A stretch of DNA of 64,000 bases, from contig JAPLXL010000004.1 of the NCBI GenBank assembly GCA_026396115.1, forward strand, positions 19,805-83,804. The letters are read 5' to 3'. Below the pieces are notes generated by a model, which worked only from the letters and a program-made list of their open reading frames with translations, was not told the origin of the DNA and ran no database searches. Numbering within the stretch: position 1 is the first letter of the stretch; the number at the start of each line of letters is the position of its first letter. Of this stretch, positions 10,069 to 18,370 are shown in pieces. The translations under genes were made by a program, and so were the position numbers. Source of the DNA: Candidatus Nealsonbacteria bacterium (GTDB lineage Bacteria; Patescibacteriota; Minisyncoccia; Minisyncoccales; RBG-13-42-11).

Positions 10069-10388
10069 GGTTCCAATTTGGAACAGGCGGCCTCATTGGG
10101 CAATCAATGAGTGCAAAAACCCCGCACCAAAACTTTTAGTTTGATACGGGGTAAACCGACTAATATCGGTGAAGTCCATAGAAATTCTTTCAACCTGTAT
10201 TTCTATGGATAATACCGAGGCAAGTCCAATTTAAAAAGTTGGATGAGCCGTAGAGACTTTTCGCCGCAGAGGCGAAAGATGGAAGTTAACCTTCCATAAT
10301 ACGTCGGTCCCCTAAACCCGGTTGCTAAAAGCAACTTAGGGTCGGGTGGTGATATAGTCCATACATTTAGTAATAAGTGAAGTATATG
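10069..10388 (+). mobile_element. Group I intron 2 in 23S (approx. E. coli 2593, I-CreI-type site), ORF-less
   Basis: Splits GGGTTCAAACCGT|CGTAAGACAGGTTGG; 5' exon ends in T, insert ends in G; shares CCGTAGAGACTT..AATACGTC..GATATAGTCC core with intron 1. Confidence 0.85.
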
Positions 10389-10706
10389 CGTAAGACAGGT
10401 TGGTCCCTATCTACCGTAGGCGTTGAGTCTTGAGGGGGGTTCTCACTAGTACGAGAGGATCGTGAGGAACTGACCTCTGGTCTACCAGCTGTTCCACCAG
10501 GAGCATTGCTGGGTAGCTAAGTCGGGAACTGATAAGTGCTGAAAGCATCTAAGCGCGAAGCAGGCCCCAAGATTAGGACTCTTAGATTCCCCGCAGATTA
10601 CGGGGTTGATAGGCTGCAGGTGTAAGTGCAGTAATGCATTCAGCCGAGCAGTACTAATAAATCATTGATTTTTTGTTGCCCAATTAAACTGGGCTAGTAA
10701 TTAATG

Positions 10707-10762
10707 ACCGAGCCCCGCAATAGCGTGGCGAGGGGGAAGAAGAAAACTTTGTTTTCTTTGCC
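10707..10762 (-). repeat. GCPE repeat, variant full form, in 23S-5S spacer
   Basis: ACCGAG-CCCCGcaataCGTGG-CGAGGGGGAAGAAGAAAACtttGTTTTCTTTGCC. Confidence 0.7.
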
Positions 10763-10785
10763 CTTCACAAAAGCAAAAGGCGCTG

Positions 10786-10896
10786 AGGTGGTGGCTATGC
10801 TGACGTTGTCCCACCCGATCCCATTTCGAACTCGGAAGTGAAATACGTCAAGGCCGATGATAGTCCTTCGGGGCGAAAGTAGGTAGCTGCCACCCC
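10786..10896 (+). rRNA. rrf: 5S rRNA
   Basis: GGTGGTGGCTATGC..CCCACCCGATCCCATTTCGAACTCGGAAGTGAAA..GTAGGTAGCTGCCACC; flanked by GGCGCTGAGG/CCCCAGCGCC stem; ends approximate. Confidence 0.88.
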
Positions 10897-10911
10897 AGCG
10901 CCTTTTGAGGT

Positions 10912-10974
10912 CAAAGAGGGCAGAGCCCTCTTTTCACACCCTTTACCCCTCACCAATGGTGAGGGGCTTGGGTA
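10912..10974 (+). repeat. GCPE-like variant just after 5S (may double as terminator)
   Basis: AAGAGGGcagaGCCCTCTTTTCACACCCTTTA-CCCCTCACCaaTGGTGAGGGG-CTTGGGTA; SL1 followed by T-run. Confidence 0.6.
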
Positions 10975-10996
10975 TTTAAAAAATCACCCGTCTTTT

Positions 10997-11093
10997 ACCG
11001 AGCTTCCGAAGGAAGCGAAGGTGAAGAAGAGTGCGAAGAAAAGCGCTTCTTCTTTCGTCTCGTCTTTGACTCGACGGACGAAGTCCTCTTCGA
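10997..11093 (-). repeat. GCPE repeat, long form with ~50-bp inner module
   Basis: ACCGAGCTTCCgaaGGAAGCGAAGGTGAAGAAGAGTGCGAAGAAAAGcgcTTCTTCTTTCGTCTCGTCTTTGACTCGACGGACGAAGTCCTCTTCGAC; enclosed by 12-bp inverted repeat AAAAAATCACCC (10978-10989) / GGGTGATTTTTT (11097-11108). Confidence 0.88.
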
Positions 11094-11118
11094 CTTGGGT
11101 GATTTTTTAGATTACAAT

Positions 11119-11304
11119 TTATTCAATATCTTTACCCCAATCTTCCTCTTCTTCTTCTTCCTCCTCCTCCTCCTCTTCTTCTTCTTCTTCTTTCTCTTCC
11201 TCTTTTTCTTCATCTTCATCTGCTTCTAAGTCATCTTCAAGTCCGAAAAGCTCTTCTTCGATTTCTTGACAAACCGGGGAGACAAAAAGTTTATCTTTCG
11301 TCAT
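11119..11304 (-). CDS. Small acidic poly-Glu protein (uncertain)
   Basis: 61-aa ORF, ATG start; more than half Glu/Asp, encoded by a long GAA/GAG tract (about 11141-11225). Confidence 0.3.
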   Translation of the reverse strand: MTKDKLFVSPVCQEIEEELFGLEDDLEADEDEEKEEEKEEEEEEEEEEEEEEEEDWGKDIE

Positions 11305-11338
11305 AAGAATTTTAAAAGATAATTAAACTTTTTATAAT

Positions 11339-11409
11339 ACCGAGGCGACCTTGGCGAAAAGGGTTTTATCCTCTTCTTTACTTTCGTCCTGCTGCGTGCG
11401 GGACTCGGT
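11339..11409 (+). repeat. GCPE repeat, degenerate/composite
   Basis: Starts ACCGAG and ends CTCGGT; TTATCCTCTTCTTTACTTTC-GTCCtgctgcgtgcGGGAC-TCGGT. Confidence 0.6.
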
Positions 11410-11467
11410 TTTTAATTTCTAAGATTAGTATATTTATGTAAAAAACCTTGTCAAGTCCTTTGAAATG

Positions 11468-11521
11468 GGCGAAGAGGATAAATCCTCTTCTTTACCTTCG
11501 CTTCCTTGATGGAAGCTCGGT
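11468..11521 (+). repeat. GCPE repeat, full form
   Basis: GGGCGAAGAGGAtaaaTCCTCTTCTTTACCTTC-GCTTCCttgatGGAAGC-TCGGT. Confidence 0.9.
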
Positions 11522-11540
11522 TTGTGATAAAATTAACCCA

Positions 11541-11583
11541 GTCGAAGAGATAAATCTCTTCTTAACCCTTCATCGTCATTCGG
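11541..11583 (+). repeat. GCPE repeat, CATYGTCATTCGG-tail variant
   Basis: GTCGAAGAGATaaATCTCTTCTTAACCCTTCATCGTCATTCGG; 2 nt before mreC ATG 11586. Confidence 0.8.
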
Positions 11584-11585
11584 AT

Positions 11586-12404
11586 ATGATAATACGATTG
11601 AATACAAAATCATATCAAAATATAAAAAAAATTATTGCTGTTTTAGTTCTGCTGGCGATTGTTATCATTGTCTCAAATTTTACGGGTTTTTCAAAAAATA
11701 TTAAAAATTCTTTCTTTTTAATATCTTCGCCTATTCAAAAATCATTCTGGCAGGCAGGGAAAAATGTTTCAGTGTATTTCGCCGGAATTCTGGAAGTAAG
11801 GATTCTTAAAAAAGAATTAAACAATCTTCATCTTAAAAACCAAGAACTCCTTAGTCAGATTGTTGCGATAATCGAATTAAAAAAAGAAAATGAAGTTCTG
11901 AGAGAGGTTTTGGGTCTTGGTTTGGAAAAAGAATTTCAATTAATGCTTGCCCAGATAATAAGCAAAGATATTTCTCAGGATTCCATTTTAATTAATAAAG
12001 GAAAAAAAGACGGGGTTTTAGAGGGTTGGCCCGTAATTACCGGACAAAAAGTCCTTTTGGGAAAAATCGGTCAAATTTATGACAGGTTTTCAGAGGTTAT
12101 ATTGATTTCAAATAAGAAAAGTTCTTTTGACGCGAAAATTAGCGATACCGAAATTTATGGAATAGTAAAGGGAGAGGGAAAGTTTAAGATTTATTTTGAT
12201 TTAATTCCTAAAGATAAAGAAATTTTTGAAGGGAAAGATGTAATTATTACCTCTGCTTTGGGCGGCGTCTATCCTCAAGGGCTTTTGGTCGGAGAAATTA
12301 AAACGATAAGCAAATCGGATACAGATCCCTTTCAGAGGGCAGAAATAACACCTGTTTTTAATATTAAAGATTTGGATTATTTATTTATTATTACGGAATG
12401 GTAA
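11586..12404 (+). CDS. mreC: Rod shape-determining protein MreC
   Basis: ORF 11448..12404 trimmed to ATG 11586 (upstream part is read-through of two repeats); TM helix, coiled coil, C-terminal beta domain; followed by mreD and PBP2. Confidence 0.8.
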   Translation: MIIRLNTKSYQNIKKIIAVLVLLAIVIIVSNFTGFSKNIKNSFFLISSPIQKSFWQAGKNVSVYFAGILEVRILKKELNNLHLKNQELLSQIVAIIELKKENEVLREVLGLGLEKEFQLMLAQIISKDISQDSILINKGKKDGVLEGWPVITGQKVLLGKIGQIYDRFSEVILISNKKSSFDAKISDTEIYGIVKGEGKFKIYFDLIPKDKEIFEGKDVIITSALGGVYPQGLLVGEIKTISKSDTDPFQRAEITPVFNIKDLDYLFIITEW

Positions 12405-12766
12405 AGAAAATTATATTTTTTATTCTTATTTTTTATGTCCTAACTTTAATTCAGACCAGCTTTTTGGTTCATTTTAATGTATCAGGAGTTATTCCTAATC
12501 TTGTATTAATTACTGTAATTTTTATTAATCTTTTACCAGAGTCGCAGCGAAGGGTGAAGAACAGGATTTATTCTCTTCGACTTAGTTCTTCCTGGCTGCA
12601 GAAAATATCCTCTGCCGTTATCGGCGGATTTTATCTGGATATTTTCTCACTAAATAATATGGGGGGATTCTTTGGATTTTATACTTTAATTTTGACGGGA
12701 TTTTCCTTTTTATTAAAAACTATTTTAGAAAGATATGTTAGAATTCCTATCATTCAAAAAATTTAA
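12398..12766 (+). CDS. mreD: Rod shape-determining protein MreD (with repeat-derived insert)
   Basis: Small polytopic membrane protein between mreC and PBP2; overlaps both neighbours. Confidence 0.55.
   Translation: MVKKIIFFILIFYVLTLIQTSFLVHFNVSGVIPNLVLITVIFINLLPESQRRVKNRIYSLRLSSSWLQKISSAVIGGFYLDIFSLNNMGGFFGFYTLILTGFSFLLKTILERYVRIPIIQKI
12535..12581 (-). repeat. GCPE repeat, partial (linker+SL1), in frame in mreD
   Basis: ACCAGAGTCGCAGCGAAGGGTGAAGAACAGGAtttaTTCTCTTCGAC, read as PESQRRVKNRIYSLRL. Confidence 0.7.
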
Positions 12767-14855
12767 AAGACGAAGAGTACTTCGTCCGTCGAGTCAAATA
12801 CGAGACGAAAGAAGAAAAACTTTTCTTCGCACTCTTCTTCACATTCGCTTCCATAAATGGAAACTCGGTAACAGAAGAATTCAACTCGCTTTTAAGGAAG
12901 ACATTGAGCCTCACGAGATTCTTTTGGATTCTCTTGCCGAAAAAAAAGAAAAAGAGTTGGGCCTTTCGGAAAAGAAATTTGAAGTCCCTCTTCTAAAAAG
13001 AATTATCCAAAGTTTTTTTATTTTTTGTTTTTTTATAATATTGTTTCTTTTTTTTAAAACCTTTCAACTTCAGGTGGTTGAAGGAAAAAATTTTATCCAA
13101 CTGGCAGAGAGAAATAAATTTATCATTCACCATATTCAGGCGGAGAGAGGAGTTATTTATGATAAAAACTTAGAACAATTGGTTTTTAACAAATCAACAT
13201 TTGATTTAATTTGCGAAAAAAGTAAGATTCCTCAAGATGAAGCCGAGAAAGAAAGAATTTTACAACAAGTTTCAAAGTTTCTTGAAAAAGACGTTAAAGA
13301 GCTAAAAAAAGAAATCGACGAATCTGAATCCGATCAAGTTTTGATTGCTAAAAATCTTTCTCATCAGGAATTAATTTTATTTGAAACAAGAATTGACGAG
13401 TTCCTGGGCTTCCAAATAAAAAACAATGTTATCAGAGAATATAGAGATGGTGAAGTTTTTAGCCAGATTATCGGCTATACGGGAAAAATAAAAAGCGAAG
13501 AATTTGAGGCAGCCCCCGAATTTTATTTAATTAATGATTATGTTGGTAGAACCGGCGTAGAAAATTTTTACGAAAGATTTTTGAGAAAAAATCCTGGAAA
13601 ATTAAGAATTGAAAGAGATGTTTTTGAAAACGTAATTTCCAAAGAAGTTGTTTCTCTGCCAGAATCCGGAAAGAGTTTGGTTTTGTGGTTGGATGCCGAT
13701 TTGCAGAGAAAGACAGAAGAAGAATTGGAAAAAAAATATAAAGAAATTGGAGCCAAAGGAGCAATAGCCATAGCCATGGATCCCAAAACCGGCGGCATAT
13801 TATCTTTGGTTTCTCTACCCAGTTTTGATAATAATTTATTCCAAAAGGGAGCTGACCAAAAATCTCTTCAAGCTCTTTTGGAAGATTCTCAAAATCTTAA
13901 TTCGCTCTTCGACCGAGCGATTTCCGGAAGATATCTGACGGGTTCAACCATAAAACCCTTAATTGCTTCAGCCGCTCTTGAAGAAAAAATAATTAATCCT
14001 GATGAAAAAATTAATTGTCAGGGGCTGATAGAGGTTGAACACACCTATACATCTGAAACCACTGAATTTCTCGACTGGACAGTGCACGGCTGGACGGATT
14101 TAAGAAAAGCCATTGCTGAATCTTGTAACGTTTACTTTTATACAGTAGGAGGAGGATATAAAGAACAAGAAGGTTTGGGACCGACCAAAATTAAAGAATA
14201 CTTAGAACTTTTTGGCTGGGGGGAGAAGACCGGTATTGATCTTCCTGGCGAAATTAATGGTTTTATTCCCGATAAAGAATGGAAAAAAAGAGTTTTAGGA
14301 GAAGGTTGGTGGGATGGTAACACTTATAATCTTTCAATCGGCCAGGAATATCTTCAAATTACTCCCTTGGAAGTGGTGACTAGTTTTTCAGCCATTGCTA
14401 ATGGCGGAAAATTGCTTCAGCCTCAAGTGGTTAAAGAAATAATTACTACTTCAGGCACCTCAACTGAAGTTTCAGTAGTCGAAGAAGATTTATCTTCTTC
14501 TTCACCCTTCGCTGCGGCTCGGGTAGTTAAGGAATTTGAGCCAGAAATTATTAGAGAAAACTTTATTGATCCTGGAAATCTTCAAATTGTTAGGGAGGGA
14601 ATGAGGCAGGCAGTAACCGGACAAAATTCTCCTCTGGCCTCGTCCGTAATATTGAATTCCTTGCCCATAGCTGTTGCCGCCAAAACCGGGACAGCCGAAT
14701 TGGGAGGAGATAGATATCATAACTGGGTTACTGTTTTTGCGCCTTACGAAGATCCGGAAATTGTTTTAACGGTGATGATTGAAGATGTTAAAGGCGTTCA
14801 GGCAGCTGTCTTGCCCGTGGCCAAAGCAATTTTAGAATGGTATTTTACTAAATAA
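12735..14855 (+). CDS. mrdA: Penicillin-binding protein 2 (elongasome transpeptidase)
   Basis: 706 aa; TM helix then PBP dimerisation and transpeptidase domains (STIKP = SxxK, KTGTAE = KTG); mreCD neighbours; two repeat inserts. Confidence 0.87.
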   Translation: MLEFLSFKKFKRRRVLRPSSQIRDERRKTFLRTLLHIRFHKWKLGNRRIQLAFKEDIEPHEILLDSLAEKKEKELGLSEKKFEVPLLKRIIQSFFIFCFFIILFLFFKTFQLQVVEGKNFIQLAERNKFIIHHIQAERGVIYDKNLEQLVFNKSTFDLICEKSKIPQDEAEKERILQQVSKFLEKDVKELKKEIDESESDQVLIAKNLSHQELILFETRIDEFLGFQIKNNVIREYRDGEVFSQIIGYTGKIKSEEFEAAPEFYLINDYVGRTGVENFYERFLRKNPGKLRIERDVFENVISKEVVSLPESGKSLVLWLDADLQRKTEEELEKKYKEIGAKGAIAIAMDPKTGGILSLVSLPSFDNNLFQKGADQKSLQALLEDSQNLNSLFDRAISGRYLTGSTIKPLIASAALEEKIINPDEKINCQGLIEVEHTYTSETTEFLDWTVHGWTDLRKAIAESCNVYFYTVGGGYKEQEGLGPTKIKEYLELFGWGEKTGIDLPGEINGFIPDKEWKKRVLGEGWWDGNTYNLSIGQEYLQITPLEVVTSFSAIANGGKLLQPQVVKEIITTSGTSTEVSVVEEDLSSSSPFAAARVVKEFEPEIIRENFIDPGNLQIVREGMRQAVTGQNSPLASSVILNSLPIAVAAKTGTAELGGDRYHNWVTVFAPYEDPEIVLTVMIEDVKGVQAAVLPVAKAILEWYFTK
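12769..12870 (+). repeat. GCPE repeat, long form, in frame in the PBP2 N-terminal tail
   Basis: GACGAAGAGTACTTCGTCCGTCGAGTCAAATACGAGACGAAAGAAGAAAAACTTTTCTTCGCACTCTTCTTCACATTC-GCTTCCataaatGGAAAC-TCGGTA; near-identical to the reverse complement of 10997-11093. Confidence 0.9.
14478..14524 (+). repeat. GCPE repeat, short form, in frame in PBP2
   Basis: GTCGAAGAAGAtttaTCTTCTTCTTCACCCTTCGCTGCGGCTCGGGT, read as VEEDLSSSSPFAAARV. Confidence 0.88.
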
Positions 14856-14880
14856 AAAAAATAGGATAAACTTAAATATC

Positions 14881-16347
14881 ATGGCAACAATTGATGAAAT
14901 AAGAAAAACTCGGCTAAAAAAACTGAAGGTGATTCAAAAAGCCGGGTTTTTGGCTTATCCTTCAGAAACCAAAAGAACTTACAAAATAAAAGACGCTCTT
15001 AAAAATTTTACCAATTTTGCCCGTTTGAAAAAAGAAATAATCCTGGCAGGCAGGATTAAGTCGCAAAGAGGTCATGGTGGCTCTACTTTTTTGGATGTTG
15101 AAGACGGCACTGGGAAAATTCAAGCTTTTTTAAAGAAGAATATAATAGGAGAAGAAGGATATAAATTTTTCTTAGACAGTTTTGATATTGGTGATTTTAT
15201 TGAATTAAGAGGAACTTTATTTAAAACTCAAAAAGGAGAAAGAACAATAGAAGTTGCTGATTTTAAGATGTTGGCAAAAAGTTTGTTGCCTTTGCCAGAA
15301 AAATGGCATGGTTTAACTGATATTGAAGAAAGATTCAGAAAAAGATATCTTGATTTGATTTTTAACCTTGAAGTTAAAAAAAAGTTTGAGATGAGGACTA
15401 AAATTATAAAAGAAATCAGAGAATTTTTAGACAAAGAAGAATTTTTAGAGGTAGAAACGCCAATCTTGCAGCCAATTTACGGGGGAGCTAAAGCCAAACC
15501 CTTTAAAACTCATTTGAATGCTCAAGACCTTGATTTATATTTGAGAATTTCTTTGGAACTCTATTTAAAAAGATTGTTGGTAGGAGGTTTTGAAAAAGTT
15601 TATGAAATAGGCAAATGTTTCCGCAACGAAGGAGTAGACAGATCCCACAATCCTGATTTTACAATGCTTGAGTTTTACTGGGCTTACGCTGACTATAAAG
15701 ATTTAATGAAGTTAACCGAAAAAATGTTTGAAACTTTGCTGAAAAAGATCTTTGATAAATTAGAAATTCAGTATGAAAATAAGAAGATTAATTTTAAAAC
15801 TCCCTGGCCGAGAATAGAATTTGATCAAATTTTGAAAAAATATACCAAAATTAATTTAAAGGAAATTAATTTAGAGACTCTTAAAAGAGAAGCCCAAAAA
15901 TTAGGCATCGGAAAAGGAAAAAGCGTTAATAAAACTGAAATTGCTGACGAAATTTACAAAAAATACTGTTTGCCGAAAATTTGGCAGCCAACTTTCGTTA
16001 TTAATCATCCAACAGGTTTCTTCCCTCTTGCCAAGGCTCGAGAAAGCGATCCGGGAAAATTGTCTAATTTTCAATTAGTTGTGGCGGGCTGGGAGTTGAT
16101 TAATGCCTTTTCCGAATTGAATGACCCAATTGAACAGAGAAAAAGGTTTGAAGAACAGGAAAAACTTTTTGAAGAAGGTTTTGAAGAAGCTCAAAGAATG
16201 GATGAGGATTTCATCGAGGCCTTGGAATATGGAATGCCTCCGGCTGCCGGTTTCGGCATGGGGATAGACAGATTGGTTGCCTTATTAACAGATTCTCATA
16301 GTTTAAGAGAAGTAATATTATTCCCGACGATGAGACCAGGGCGATGA
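14881..16347 (+). CDS. lysS: Lysine--tRNA ligase (class II)
   Basis: 488 aa; OB anticodon-binding domain plus class II core (FRNEG, GMGIDRL motifs). Confidence 0.95.
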   Translation: MATIDEIRKTRLKKLKVIQKAGFLAYPSETKRTYKIKDALKNFTNFARLKKEIILAGRIKSQRGHGGSTFLDVEDGTGKIQAFLKKNIIGEEGYKFFLDSFDIGDFIELRGTLFKTQKGERTIEVADFKMLAKSLLPLPEKWHGLTDIEERFRKRYLDLIFNLEVKKKFEMRTKIIKEIREFLDKEEFLEVETPILQPIYGGAKAKPFKTHLNAQDLDLYLRISLELYLKRLLVGGFEKVYEIGKCFRNEGVDRSHNPDFTMLEFYWAYADYKDLMKLTEKMFETLLKKIFDKLEIQYENKKINFKTPWPRIEFDQILKKYTKINLKEINLETLKREAQKLGIGKGKSVNKTEIADEIYKKYCLPKIWQPTFVINHPTGFFPLAKARESDPGKLSNFQLVVAGWELINAFSELNDPIEQRKRFEEQEKLFEEGFEEAQRMDEDFIEALEYGMPPAAGFGMGIDRLVALLTDSHSLREVILFPTMRPGR

Positions 16348-16395
16348 GAACTTTGTTCTCATCTTCCACCTCGCTTTAATAAATTAAAACTCGGT
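16339..16395 (+). repeat. GCPE repeat, full form
   Basis: GGGCGATGAGAACtttGTTCTCATCTTCCACCTC-GCTTTAAtaaaTTAAAAC-TCGGTA; contains the lysS stop codon; 8 nt before serS ATG. Confidence 0.85.
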
Positions 16396-16403
16396 AAATA
16401 AAT

Positions 16404-17675
16404 ATGCTTGACATAAAATTTATTAGAGAAAATCCAAAAAAAGTTAAAGAAGGATGCCTTAAAAAAGGGGTCAAAGTTGATATTGATGAGTTTTTAGAAG
16501 TTGACAGAAGGAAGCGCGAAACACTTCAGGCCTTAGAGGATATGAGATCGCAGAAAAACAAGGCTAACAAGGAAATTCTACAAGCCAAAAATCAAAGAGA
16601 AAAAAACAAGATTATTTTGAAAATGCGAGAATTGGATAGAAATAACGATAGATTGGATAAAACCTTAAAAGAGTTAGATAGAAAATTTAATGATTTGATA
16701 CTTCAGATTCCTAATTTGCCTTTGGATGATGTGCCAATAGGAAAAGATGAAAGAGATAATGTTGTTTTAAGGGAAATGGGAGAAAAAACCAAGTTTGATT
16801 TTCGGCCAAAAGATTATATGGAAATTGCCGAAAATCTGGATTTGATCGATATTAAAAGAGCGGCAAAGGTTGCCGGCAGCCGTTTTGGCTATCTGAAAAA
16901 CGAAGCCGTTTTATTAGAATTTGCTTTAATAAATTTTGTCCTTGATATTTTAGTCAAAAAGAACTTTACTCCTGTTATTCCGCCAGTAATGCTTAAACCG
17001 GAAATGGCCAGGGGAATGGGGTATTTGGAACAAACAGACAAAGAGGAAGCTTATTTTCTTCCTCAAGATAATTTATATCTGGTAGGCACATCGGAACAAT
17101 CGGTGGGGGCAATGCATGCCGGAGAACTTTTTAAAGAAGAGGAGTTGCCGCGGCGATACGTTGGCTTTTCAACTTGTTTTCGAAGAGAAGCAGGTTCTTA
17201 TGGAAAAGATACCAAAGGAATTCTCAGGGTTCATCAATTTGACAAGGTAGAAATGTTTAGTTTCTGCAGGCCCGGAAACTCTCAAAAAGAACATCAGTTT
17301 TTATTAGAAATGGAAGAAAAATTAATGCAAATACTGAATCTTCCTTATAGAGTAATTAATATCTGCACGGGGGACTTGGGTCGGCCGGCAGCCAAAAAAT
17401 ATGATATTGAAGCCTGGATGCCCGATCAAAATCAATATCGTGAAACCCACTCAACTTCCAATTGTACCGATTTCCAGGCGAGAAGGCTGAATATTAGATA
17501 TCGCGACTCCAAGACAAAAAAATTAGAATTTGTTCATACTTTAAACGGCACCGCCTTTGCTATCGGTAGAACTTTGATAGCCATTATCGAAAACTACCAG
17601 CAAAAAGACGGAAGCGTATTGGTGCCGGAAGTTTTACAAAAATACACTGGGTTCAAAGAGATTAAGAGAAAATGA
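16404..17675 (+). CDS. serS: Serine--tRNA ligase
   Basis: 423 aa; N-terminal coiled-coil arm, class II core (FRREAGS, TLNGTAFAIGRT). Confidence 0.95.
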   Translation: MLDIKFIRENPKKVKEGCLKKGVKVDIDEFLEVDRRKRETLQALEDMRSQKNKANKEILQAKNQREKNKIILKMRELDRNNDRLDKTLKELDRKFNDLILQIPNLPLDDVPIGKDERDNVVLREMGEKTKFDFRPKDYMEIAENLDLIDIKRAAKVAGSRFGYLKNEAVLLEFALINFVLDILVKKNFTPVIPPVMLKPEMARGMGYLEQTDKEEAYFLPQDNLYLVGTSEQSVGAMHAGELFKEEELPRRYVGFSTCFRREAGSYGKDTKGILRVHQFDKVEMFSFCRPGNSQKEHQFLLEMEEKLMQILNLPYRVINICTGDLGRPAAKKYDIEAWMPDQNQYRETHSTSNCTDFQARRLNIRYRDSKTKKLEFVHTLNGTAFAIGRTLIAIIENYQQKDGSVLVPEVLQKYTGFKEIKRK

Positions 17676-18370
17676 ATATTTTAATCCTTCACGGGTGGGG
17701 GTCTTGCAACAAAAACTGGAGCCGAGTTAAAGAACTTTTAGAAAATCAAGGGTATAAAATTTATCTGCCCGATCTTCCAGGTTTTGGTCAGAACTCTTCG
17801 CTATCAAAACCTTGGTCAATCGATGATTATGTGGCGTGGGTTAAAGAATATAGCGAAAAACAAAATCTTTCGCAATTTTTTTTATTAGGTCATTCTTTTG
17901 GCGGGAGTTTGGCTATCAAGTTTTCTTTAAAATACCCGGAAAGAATAAAAAAAATGTTTCTTGTAGCCAGTGCCGGAATCAGAAAAAAAACAATCAGGAA
18001 GAAAATTCTGGGGAGAATATCCAAGTTTTTTAAAGTTTTTTCTTTTTTACCATTTTATTTTTTTGTTAGAAAAATTTTTTATAAATTTATCGTCAAAAAA
18101 AGTGATTATCCTTACCTTTCTGAGACAATGAGAGAAACTTATTTAAATATAATAAATGAAGACCTCTCAGGCCTTTTATTTCAAGTTACCGTTCCAACTA
18201 TCATTATTTGGGGCGAAAAAGACGATGTGGTCTCGCTTAAAGAAGGCCAATTCATTAATCAGAATATTAAAAATTCAAAATTATTAATTATTCCCGGCGC
18301 TAATCATGATTTAGAACGAAAAGTTCCTGAAATTTTAGTTCAAAAAATCTTAAATTCCATTAATTTATGA
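17672..18370 (+). CDS. Alpha/beta-fold hydrolase
   Basis: HGWG oxyanion motif, nucleophile elbow GHSFGG, C-terminal GANHD. Confidence 0.75.
   Translation: MNILILHGWGSCNKNWSRVKELLENQGYKIYLPDLPGFGQNSSLSKPWSIDDYVAWVKEYSEKQNLSQFFLLGHSFGGSLAIKFSLKYPERIKKMFLVASAGIRKKTIRKKILGRISKFFKVFSFLPFYFFVRKIFYKFIVKKSDYPYLSETMRETYLNIINEDLSGLLFQVTVPTIIIWGEKDDVVSLKEGQFINQNIKNSKLLIIPGANHDLERKVPEILVQKILNSINL

Noticed and set aside
14856-16403. T-box or other riboswitch leaders upstream of the aminoacyl-tRNA synthetase genes (lysS, serS, gltX, alaS)
   Set aside because: The leaders are only 25-100 nt. They consist of plain AT-rich sequence or a GCPE copy, and no specifier/T-box motif (AGAGA..GGUGGNACCGCG-like) was seen.
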